A stretch of DNA of 64,000 nucleotides from Sphagnum compactum (lineage: Eukaryota). The notes beneath the pieces are model-generated. The model worked only from the letters and a program-made list of their open reading frames with translations, had not been told where the DNA came from and did no database searches. The DNA lies in contig OZ234493.1 in assembly GCA_965153455.1 (NCBI GenBank), positions 2,666,001 through 2,730,000 on the forward strand, in the 5' to 3' direction. The position numbers and the translations under genes are program-made. Below are positions 23,938 to 34,500 of this stretch, one piece after another. Every line of letters begins with the position of its first letter. Within the stretch, counting starts at the first letter, position 1.

Positions 23938-26900
23938 CGCTAGTAGAAAACCCCCCTTTTTCAACCAAAAGTTTTCAACTACATGACATTTGCAACTATG
24001 TTTCAAGTAGATTTTTAAAAATTTTTAAAATAGAAATATGGCAATTACCAATTAAGTTGATTCGTTTACTATATTAGTATGTCGTTGAAAGCATTTTTCA
24101 ACTGTGTGGTCATTTGTCGAATATTCTTGGCATCTAAAGTTCTTTAATTGGCGCATAGTCAAGACATTGACTAATGTTCAACTATTTTGGATGATAAAAT
24201 GTACTAAAGGATGGATGAAATATAGTCTTGTTTGCAACTATCTCTTTCAACTAGGTTAAACAATTAATAGGCAATTTTAATTTTATACATGTAATATTAT
24301 AATATTTATTTAAAATCATGATAACATTAAACTACGTGTAAAATATTTTTTATAAATGAATGGTTTTTTTTGTGCATATAAATATTAAACTTTAATTTCA
24401 AAATAAAGTTTAATTTTTTAAAAAATGTTAGTACTAATGTTTATGTTCAATACACATGTAATTTATTATTTTTATGTAAATCATTACAACATATCAAGTA
24501 ATGATATATAATTAATAATATTGTGCGACTATAATGTTTATTCATTTTTATACACATGATATCTTAATATTTGTTTAAAATTATGATAAAAACTCATTAA
24601 ACATTAATGTACCCTATGTCACTAGCCCAAGTTTGAATGCATTCAACTGAATTTTCCTTCCAAATCCCTTTTTACAATTTGTTTGAATTTCCAACAACAA
24701 TACGTACCCACCAAAAATTCAATAATAATGTTCAAATTTTAGGTCTCAAAATTACGAAATCAACTTTATTAAATCGAACTTGGTGAGGGCTTTCAAACAA
24801 TACCAAGAACGCCCCCAAGTTCCAATATAGTTTTCAATTTTGGTCTTTCAAAAAATTCAATGAAAAAATGGTTCAATACTCAATAAATTCCACACTGTAG
24901 TTCCAAACATTTAAAACCAAGTCATTGCACCCTTATTCATTGAAAAGTTTTTGATGACAAGTTCCATAACATAACCTAAGACATTGTGGTTTGGGAAATA
25001 TCATTATGACAAAACAAAACAAACTACCTTCCTTCATGGATAAATAAGGTAACATGTGTTGTTGGCCCCAAATGTGAACACACTCAATTCATTTTCCCTT
25101 GTAAACCCAATTTGTTCTAATTTGTTTGAATTTTTAACAACAAAACTAATTCAAAATTCAATATCTTCCACACCTTAAATATGAAAATTATGAAATAAAT
25201 TTCATTAAATCTAACTTAGCGATTATTTTCCACTAAATACACCTTTGGATTCCAGTAAATTTTTTATTTTTGATGTTTATTAAGAAAATGGTTCAGTATT
25301 CAATAACCTTTGCGTTGTAACTACAAAACATTTCAACCCAAGTCAGCGCACCCCTATTCATTGTTAGGTTTTCAAAGATATCAATAGCATTATATGAAGT
25401 AATTTGGTTTAGGAAATATCAACAAGATAGAATAAAACAAAACAAATTATCTACCTTCATTAATAGATTAAATTATGTGTAAATTATCTTTGTATAAAAT
25501 GAATGGTTATGTATGATGCAAATATTTTTTGTGCACACAAATAATAAAATTTTATTGAAGGAAATTGAATGAAATTTTGAAATATAAATTTGTAATAATG
25601 TGCATGTTCAATACACCTAATTATTATTTATATGTAAATTGGATTTTAGTTTACAACATATCAAATAATGATACATAATTAATATTTTTTGTGGAAATTT
25701 AATGTTTATTAATCTTTATAGACATGATATCTCAATAGTTTCTTTAAATTGCAATAAAAATTCATTAAACATTAAATTACATGTAAATTCCATTTGTGGA
25801 AATGAATGCTTATGTATGATGCAATTTGTTTTTGTGCATATAAATATTAAAATTTAATTTCAAAATAAAATTTAAGCAAATTTTGAAATATGAATTTGTA
25901 ATAATGTAAGTTCAATATATGTAATTTATTATTTCTGTGTAAATCAAATGTTAATCTACAACAAATCAAGTAATGATACATAATTCATAACTTTTTGGAA
26001 CTTTAATGTTTATTCATTTTTATATGTGTGATGTCTTAATATATATTTTAAATTACAATAAAGATTCATTAATTATTAAGGTAAACAAATGTTTTTTGTA
26101 TCCATGAATGATTACATGTATGAAGAATTTTTTTGTGCATGTAAATATTACACTTTAATTTGAAAATAAAATTTAAAGAAATTCTGAAATATAAGTCAAC
26201 TTAATATGTGTATGTTCAATACATGCATAATTTATAATTTCTATGTAAATTCAATTTTAATTTTCAACATATCAAGTAAGGATATTTAGTGTGTAATTTA
26301 TTATTTCCATGTAGATTCAATTTTAATTTACAGCATATCATGTAATGATACATAATTAATAACTTTCAAAATTTTAATTTTAATTTTAATTTTTGCTATT
26401 AGTTCCAATAAGTTTTTCATCTATTAAATTTATTTATTTATTTATTTATGATTCAACTATAATAATTTTTAGAATAATTAGTAAATATATTTAATAAATT
26501 ATCATGTAATTTCAAATATTATTTTATTTAACACTATGATACTATAATTTTTTTTTTCATATTTAATATTTATTATACTAAGTCATTTAATAGTTCCAAC
26601 AAGTTAGATAAAAATATGAAAAAAAATAGTTAAATAACTAGCCTAACCTAATTACTAGTTACAATATTATTAATATTAATATTATAATTGTAGTCAATTA
26701 TTAATTATCACAACATTATAATGATTATTGTAACTAAAATATCATATAAAATCTATTATTGAATAATATATTTGAGTTAATTCTTTGTTTTATTAAATGT
26801 TAAAAAGAATTTATAATGAATTTTGAACTAAAAAATTCAGTGATAATTAATTACTTAATAAATAAATACATTTAATTTTCTGATTTTTCAAAAAAAAACT

Positions 26901-28559
26901 AATAACCATATTATTTAATAAATGATGATAATATGTTTAATTGTTTAATTATACAACTATATAGTTAAAAATAGTTGATGAATAATTACTTCAAGTAATT
27001 AAGGTAAGTAGCTAGACCTAGGCTAGATAGATTATTAGTTTAGGTCTAGGCCTAATTAAGTTTAGACTAGCTTGTACAATTAGATTACAACTATTTGAGT
27101 TGCAATTAAGTTGTAACTAGGTTGCAACTAGGGTAGACATCAAATGGTACTCTATCATCAAACATTTTGAAGTTTCCCTTCATTTTAACACCAAATTGAA
27201 CATTTTTTATGTCATTGGAAGCACAAAACAGAAAGTTACAAATGATCTTAGAACCTCAAAAGCAAAAGAACAAAATAGAGAATGCAAAAAAAGAAAGATT
27301 GATATTTTGTTTCAAATTTTGTCTCTAGACCCCCTTTATTTCTAGTAACTATATCTTGTTCATTTCTCATTCATTCTGAACGATTTTAAAAGATACAAAT
27401 GCGCTATCTCAAAATCTATAAGACTTGTTGAAAGTGAAAAATAAAAAAAACAATAATTGAAAAGTTGAAGCTTCAAAATCATTCTGAACACTTATGAAAA
27501 AATCCAAAGCACAACCCCCTTCACTTTGAAATGACATATCTTACTCATTTTCAATTAGATTACAACGTTTTTTACATATTTGGATACGCCAAGTGGAGGA
27601 TTACAAAATTGTTTTAAATTTCAAAAGGAACAGACCATGGACAAGAGAGTTATAATGATCCAATATCGTTAAGTGTTTGGTGATAGGTGTGTTTTCCCTA
27701 GGTTACAACTAAAACTTTTATCCCATATTGTTTCATTTCCATTCCATGAATCCAAACTATATAAAGGAATGCACTAGGATTATTGGAGAACACAATAAAC
27801 ATGAAAATCTAATAGCCATTTGGGATGAGCCAATAAAACAGGTTCAACCTTAAAAGTTAAACCAAATGAAATAGGACTTCATTTATTAATTGCCATGTGG
27901 TTTAGGTCTAGGCCTAACATAGGTGCCTAAATCTAGCCCTACTTTAAGCCTAGATTAAATGGCCTATGTTTAAGTTTAACCTATGTGCTTAAGTTTAGAG
28001 CTAACATATTCTTAGGCACCAAGTGCCTAAACTTTTGATGTAGATGTGCCATGTGTCATTTAACTATGCGTTGACCCCACATTTTATGAATGTGCCACAT
28101 GTTAACATTGTTAGTGTGCCACGTGTCACCAAACCACTGGCCAAATGTTCAATTTACATAGCTGCAACATAGTCAAAATGTTCAATTTACATAATTGCAA
28201 CCTAGTTGAAAGTGTAATTATATTTTTAGTTGATGTCATGCTTAGTTAGCAGATGAAGTTCATCCATTAGTTGAATGCAATTGACAACATCCCTCGACTA
28301 TATTGGTAGAACAATTTTCAACTAAATTGGTAAAAAGTGGCACATAGTGGCTATTGTTGTGGTGTTGACATGTGGCATACACTTTCCACTATAATTTCAC
28401 TCTTGACTTGTACTTTTCAACATTATTGGTTAGTAATTGCAAAAAATATTTCCTAGTTGTAAGAAATAAATTGCAACTATATGTGTAGTTTTCGACTTGA
28501 TTTATAGTTGAATAGTAGTTGAAAACATAGTTGCAAAAGGGGGGTGTTTTTTACTAGTG
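23938..28559. mobile_element. Non-autonomous CACTA-type element, 4.6 kb
   Basis: Left end CGCTAGTAGAAAACCCCCCTTTT; right end reverse-complements to CACTAGTAAAAAACACCCCCCTTTT; 3-bp TSD AAA/AAA; TTGCAACTA/TAGTTG subterminal repeats. Removing it rejoins the host frame (ATG CTC AAA ATC GTT AAA ACG). Confidence 0.82.
24326..26370. repeat. AT-rich ~300-bp tandem units inside the CACTA element, interrupted by a duplicated ~440-bp block
   Basis: Unit starts near 24326, 25468, 25771 and 26075. AATTTGTTTGAATTT..AACAACAA occurs at ~24676 and ~25120. Confidence 0.7.
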
Positions 28560-29471
28560 AAATCGTTAAAACGCCCTAGATATCTCTCATGGGTCCTCTA
28601 AGGAACATTTTGTTAAAATTCAAACCAATTCTGGCCAAGATTTCTATGGATAGCAACAACAACAAGCTGCGAAGGTAACTTTTTGCCTTAAACTTCTATA
28701 TGTTTCTTGCATTGTATGTTATTTGTTGTAATGTTTTTGCATTTTCTAATTGATGGTTTGGTTGCATTTGCAAACTAATTTGACCTTACTACATGTTGGG
28801 AATGTGTTACATCATACTTTTGTTGGAAAACATTGATTCTCTTGTGCAATTTACATAGTAGGATGATGTTTTCATATGTGATTTGGTGACTATAGTAAAA
28901 GTTTGCCAGGGTAGCTCTATTTTTGATACAATAATGGCAGTTCTTCATTTTCTAGTGATGAATTTTGGGCATTTAAAGGTTTGTTGGATTAAAGCCATGA
29001 CCACATCCACATGAAGTGGGTGGCAGAATTGAATGACTCTAGTGAACATTGTGCCTTCATTGTGAATGATGATAAACTTTGGGCCATCCACAATGATCCA
29101 ATATTGAATGTTAGGATAGTTGTGACTAAGGATTCTTTTCAAAGTCTAATTTCACAAGTGCAGTCAAAGTGTTCATGTCAGTTTCTAACCTTATTTTCTT
29201 TTTGATTCATCTTGATGTGTTTTGACTTAAGGGTTTTGTTTTCTTTGAAACATAAATTTTAGTTTGGGACTTTGTTTTCTTTCAATCTATGTTGCAACTT
29301 TCCTTTTTTAATATGTCTTTGTTGGTTTGTGGGTGCATCTCATAGTAGTGACATACGAAATACGCGTATTTTTCAAAGGTGCTCAAAAATAAGTATTTTC
29401 AAGTATTTTAAAATTTGAAAATGTGAATACATGAAATACGTGAATACGATGAGCAAAATGCTGTTCCCGCT

Positions 29472-31412
29472 CTAATCGTCGTTTGGCTCTTCTTCTTCCA
29501 TCCAACTAACCATCTCTTCCTCAAACTCAATGCTGTTCACTTTATGTGCTAGGCGCAGGTCCGAGAAGACATGCACTAGATCCTGAGCTCTTTGCGAGGT
29601 CAACCTATTTCGCTTTTTCGAATGGATGAAATCGTAAGTGCTGCAGTTGCGTTCGCACGCTGAGGCTGCAGAACATTGGCTGAGGACCGTCACGCCTACT
29701 GTCTGAAGCTTTGGAACTTGCTGACCCCACTGCTGCCAAAATTTCCACCCGGGCATCGCTCTCATGGCCGTTTGAATGTCGGGTCTGCCAAACAAACCTT
29801 CCTGGTTTCTAAACTGCGCCAATTGCTGCAGGACTTTTGCTTGATCGTCTACATTTGGGACGAGCTTCTCTAGGATGTTCAAAAACCCTTGCATCACTTC
29901 CGCATTCTGGTCCTGTCCATATTCTGCTGACTGGAACTCCGACTCCAGAACAAACCCAGCCGAGTGCATATCTGAATGCAAGTATTCCCAGCACTTGCGC
30001 CAAAGCCAGCTGATCTGCTCATACTTGACAGCAGAAAGCTTCACCCCCGGATGCTGCTCGCTGGTTCCCTCCTTGAGCGCCCCCAGCTCCTCACCAATCA
30101 AGAACATGGCATAGTAAACCTTTCCCACAACTGGAACACCCTTGTCACACTGGCGCAAAAGGCAGACTATCGATTCTGAAACAGCCAACAACTCCTTCAC
30201 ACCCTTCCAAAACGCAGCGGAAGTCAGGATGTCGTGCACCTCCTCTCCCTCCATCTCATGTGACGACTTCTGGTTCCACTCCCCCCAAGCGTCGCTGACC
30301 ACAAGCTGCTGCAGTGATGCCTTCACCTCATGCATGCGCTGTAGCATGATGAAGTTGGTGGCAAATCTGGTCTCCCCTGGTTTCAAGAGCTCTAGCTTGG
30401 ACAGGCTCCTAAAGAGAGCTAGACTCTTATGATGGTTTGTGATGAACTTCAGCGCTGTTCTTGCCTTGGCTATGACGGAGGAGACCCAATCCAGCTTGCC
30501 CATGTCCTCGAGCAACAGATCTAGGCAGTGCGGGGTGCAAGGAGTAAATGTGATATGGGGAAAGTGGACCTCTAGCTTGCGACCTGCAGCCTTGCAAACT
30601 GCTGCACTGTCCATGCACACCTGGACCACAATCTCTACCCCCACATCCTCGATTGCCTTGCCAACAACCTGCGCAATGAAGTCTGCATCCTTGGTATCCC
30701 CACTTGTGTCTACACTCTCAAGAAACTTCTCGCCCTTGGGTGTGACCATCAGAAGATTGAGAAGAGGCCTATTCTGAGTGTCTGACCACCCATCGCTGGT
30801 TATGGTTGCCTTGCTGCTCCGCGCTGACGCCATAAATGATTTGAGTTCTACTGCCACTGATACCTTTTCCTTGTCTAGCAGGGTGGTACGAAGAGATATA
30901 AGACTCGGCAACTTGTAGTTCTCGCCAAAATCAGCAGTAGCTTCAACGGCTGCCTTGAAATGAGGGTCATTGATCAGGCGGAAAGAAAGACCATTGCCAT
31001 AAAAGGCACGACCCCACAGAGCATCTACTTTAGACTTATCTTGCTTTCCAAAGGCAACTTTGAGAATGCTCTGCTTTTTGGTGGGGCCTTGCGGGAGAGC
31101 AGCTACAGCCTCATCCAGATCTTGCACCTTCCGTTTTTGCGTTTCCTGTTCTCTTTTCGCCTGATCAATATCTTGAAGCTGTTTTTTGAGGGCTTGGGGG
31201 CATTTGGTGCACTTCTTGACTCCACAAGCCACCTGACCCAAGAAGTGGCCCCGGATTCTTGTGGCACCCCCCCAAAACACGAGCTGACAGTGCCCACACT
31301 TGACTTGAAAGTTCCCCCCCGCTTTCTTAGGTTCCTGGAGGATGGTGACCTCGGTCCACTCGGGTCCTTTCTCCTTCCCCATTCCAAAGGTCGCCCTGCT
31401 CAATTGTAGCAT
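29472..31412 (-). CDS. hAT transposase, uninterrupted 646-aa ORF (real start may be the second Met, MGKEKG)
   Basis: BED finger (W...VKCGHC...RIRGHF...C); DDE candidates TSDGWSD, CMDSAA and CERN; CxxH (CTPHC); C-terminal dimerisation region; no stops. ERNWS is changed to ERNCS. Confidence 0.92.
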   Translation of the reverse strand: MLQLSRATFGMGKEKGPEWTEVTILQEPKKAGGNFQVKCGHCQLVFWGGATRIRGHFLGQVACGVKKCTKCPQALKKQLQDIDQAKREQETQKRKVQDLDEAVAALPQGPTKKQSILKVAFGKQDKSKVDALWGRAFYGNGLSFRLINDPHFKAAVEATADFGENYKLPSLISLRTTLLDKEKVSVAVELKSFMASARSSKATITSDGWSDTQNRPLLNLLMVTPKGEKFLESVDTSGDTKDADFIAQVVGKAIEDVGVEIVVQVCMDSAAVCKAAGRKLEVHFPHITFTPCTPHCLDLLLEDMGKLDWVSSVIAKARTALKFITNHHKSLALFRSLSKLELLKPGETRFATNFIMLQRMHEVKASLQQLVVSDAWGEWNQKSSHEMEGEEVHDILTSAAFWKGVKELLAVSESIVCLLRQCDKGVPVVGKVYYAMFLIGEELGALKEGTSEQHPGVKLSAVKYEQISWLWRKCWEYLHSDMHSAGFVLESEFQSAEYGQDQNAEVMQGFLNILEKLVPNVDDQAKVLQQLAQFRNQEGLFGRPDIQTAMRAMPGWKFWQQWGQQVPKLQTVGVTVLSQCSAASACERNCSTYDFIHSKKRNRLTSQRAQDLVHVFSDLRLAHKVNSIEFEEEMVSWMEEEEPNDD

Positions 31413-31634
31413 GAAAGAAAGTTGAAGTTATTACTTAGTATCAGATCCAGACTTGCAAGTTGCAACAGTCTGATTCCGAATGCTGTCAGTGTCATGGCTG
31501 AGCCATCCGAGTCATGGCCAATCAAAAGATGGCCAATCTTTCTTAAGAGACTCTGATTAGTGCCAAAGAGAATGTCTTATCAGGAGGGGAAGGAGAGAGA
31601 GACAGAGATAGAGAGTGACAGAGAGCAGGAAGAA

Positions 31635-34500
31635 TCAAACTAGCTCTTCTTCCAAGAGGGTATGCTTTAGTGCTTCATAGCACATGAAGGAGAGACCTGC
31701 TGCTGGCATGAGCTTAAGGCAACTGGGGCCTAAACCTCTATACAAACCCTTCAAGCCTCGCTCTTTTGCAATTCCCCTAAGTGCATTTAATGTGCCTTTA
31801 TACACTACCCTCCCCTTCAATGCCCCTACCTGCACAAAAGAATCAAACCCCAAAGTTTCAGCATAATGTCTCTTAGGTGGAAGGTGATAACCCCAAATTG
31901 TTTTCTAGTTTTCCAACCTGAGCAGTTCTCTGTTCTTTGCACCTTCCAGAAGGTCCTATAAAAGACTCATCCACTCCTTGGCTTGTTTTCTCTCTAGGGA
32001 ACAGATGTTCAAAGGACATGACTTCCTGTTTGAGTTTCAATTTTGAGGTACTAACCCATACAGATCACATTTTCAGAGCTTTGCTTTGATCCCCAAAACT
32101 GTTCCATGAATTTTGCTTGGTTGTAATAAACAAGCTAGGCCTTGAATCGAAGCACCATCCATGAAACAAATCACGCTAGAAACAAGGTTCATTCAAACAT
32201 ACACATGTGGAAAGGGATTAGGGTTCTAAGGTTGATGAAGCAATACATGTTCACAGGGTGGATATGGATGACTCCAAAATGCTTGAGATCTTAGGTTATA
32301 AAAAATCTTTGATGAAATTGATGTGACACACATGATTTGTTGAGGCTGTAGTAGAGTCTAATTGTGGAAGATGGGGTCAGTGTAGAGATCTTGACCTGCA
32401 TGTGCTTGCGCGCCACTTCTAGAGGAAATGTGCTCGTGCTGGCTATTGCTCCAGCAAGCGAGCCAATCAGCAATGTCTGTATGTTCCCAACCCTGTCTGT
32501 CTTACTGCATCTCTTGTAAAGAGAACGTAATGAACCATACACAAAATAGTTGACACCAGCATACGGGGTCACCCCAATGACACTTGGAGCAAGGCCTCGA
32601 TAAAGCTCCAAAACACCTTCTTCAGATACTATCCTCCAAAGAGCATGCAAAATGCCTCGATACTCATCAGGCTGATTGATCACAAAACCAAAAGAGATTT
32701 CAGTTCAATTTCCTTCCATGAGAAATTGTGTTTGTTGAACCCTTTAAGACTTCTTCAAGCAACATGTTTTTCTCTTTCTGCTTTTGCCTATGTTGTTCAG
32801 ATCTAAGGGTTCCATGTTTGAGGGTAACAATTCAGCACACCAATGCTGTTGAGATTTCATTGCTATATTTTATGTGTTCTAGGGATTCCATGTATAAGGT
32901 CATGGGCATCACTGAATCCCTGATGTTCTTTTGAGAGATTTAAACTTTGGGCAAGTTTTCAAACCAGCAAGTTGGAAACACTATGAATTGGAAAATACCT
33001 ACCTGAATTGTGAGGCGAGTTTTGAGAAGCTCAAGTGGGTACATACACACAGTTGATGAAATGCCCGCACAGGAGCCTGCAATTGGTGATACTGGCAGAA
33101 ATGCAAGCTTGCCTGGTGTCCCGTCCTTTGGACTCAGGTATGCCTTCACAAAATCATATGCAAAGAGCTGCAAAGAACATATTAAGGCACAATCTCCCAT
33201 CAGAAGCTCCACTTTTGTTCAAGAGAAAAGAAAACAAACAGAGGTACAATCTCCAATCAGAAACTCAACTTTTGTTCAGAAGAAAAACACAAACAGATCC
33301 AGTTAGGGTTAGGAAGCTCAACTTTTGTTCAGAAGGAAAACAAACAAACAGATCCAGATAGCTTTTGCCTGCCCAAATTAGGTCAACTAGAAATGAGAAG
33401 CCACCCCCAGTGAATCTTCATTGAGGGGAGTCAGTTTTTCATTGCCTGATTATGGTGATCTAGCATGCGGGATCACACAAGATCACACATGTTATGTGGC
33501 AAAACAAGATTCAACAAGACTGAAAAATGTGGAATACACTTCCAAAAATACCGAAGATTACTGATAGGTACATACCTTGCTCTTCTGTTTTGGAACCAGA
33601 CTTCCACTTGCCGAGGTCGCAAGTTTAGTTGCTTTGCCAAGGCGCTCTTTTGCTTCTGCAGAGGGGAGCCAGCCACACAGATATCATCAGAAATAAGCAG
33701 CAGAAGAAACGGTACAGAACCGACAATGACCTAAAGGAAAAACTCTGGACAAGAATCATGAGAGCGGCAGCAGAAGAGAGTCGGACATCCTTGTTCATAC
33801 CGGGTTAAGAGTGCTATGATCTTTGAAGCTTTCTTCTAGGAGAGCTGATTGTTCTTTGGAGAGACGAAGCTTCTTCCTCGTGGTTCCTCCTCCTCCCTCG
33901 TCTTCATCATCGCTACAACCTCTGGAGCTCAGATCGCACGCTCTTTCCCGATCCAGCAGCTGTTCGAACAACTGATCGTGCTGCTGAAGATGCCAACAGC
34001 AAAGGAGTTGAAAAACTACAAAGGAAGAAAAACTCTGCCAGATCTGAAGCTCACCCAAGAAAAAAATTTGTGAAAAACGTGAAGAAATGCGGTTTGCAAT
34101 CTCGAGCTTGCTTGCTTGCTTTGATCGTGGGTGAATACTTGTTTGAAGCTTTTCACTGGGGAATAGAAGTAATGAGAGAGAGAGAGAGAGAGTAACAATA
34201 ACACTAACCTCGATGGCTTTGCTGGGGGCGACGCGAATGACATTGATGGCGTTGCCACGGAAAAGCCCAGGCCATCCTTCGTTGGTGATGATCCAGTGAA
34301 AGATTTCAGGGAGCGAATGGCCATGGCTGCCAACCATCAAATGCGTGCGGATGGTCTCGACTCTCCAATGGTGCCATTGCAATTCTTGAGAAAGCTCCAG
34401 CTATGGCTCTGCTCAGTAACCTTCTGCCGTTGGGCCCTAGTTTCAGCTTGAAGCTCGATTTTCTTCTTCTCTCTTGTGCAGCTTGTTCTCTCTCACCCAT
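31635..34500 (-). pseudogene. BT1: Captured mitochondrial-carrier-family gene, BRITTLE1-type adenine nucleotide transporter; exons 34500-34209, 33167-33003, 32671-32396, 31829-31635
   Basis: Three carrier signatures ([32 protein letters not shown]) plus [25 protein letters not shown] and LGPSCLKLMPAAGLSFMCYE. Phase-0 GT-AG introns. A 7-bp insertion near 34356-34362 frameshifts exon 1. Confidence 0.9.
33576..33983 (-). pseudogene. Captured HD-Zip class II homeobox fragment, two exons (~33983-33801 and 33655-33576)
   Basis: [38 protein letters not shown], then a GT..AG intron, then the 80-bp exon [27 protein letters not shown] followed by GTATGT. No leucine-zipper/CPSCE exon follows. Confidence 0.93.

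Noticed and set aside
29676-31409. Plus-strand ORFs overlapping the transposase, and their mirrors in copy 1
   Set aside because: Antisense shadows of a GC-rich coding sequence, shared only because the copies are recent duplicates.
33465-34073. A functional stand-alone HD-Zip II gene
   Set aside because: No N-terminal exon or leucine-zipper/CPSCE exon was found, and the fragment lies within another gene's intron inside a transposon.
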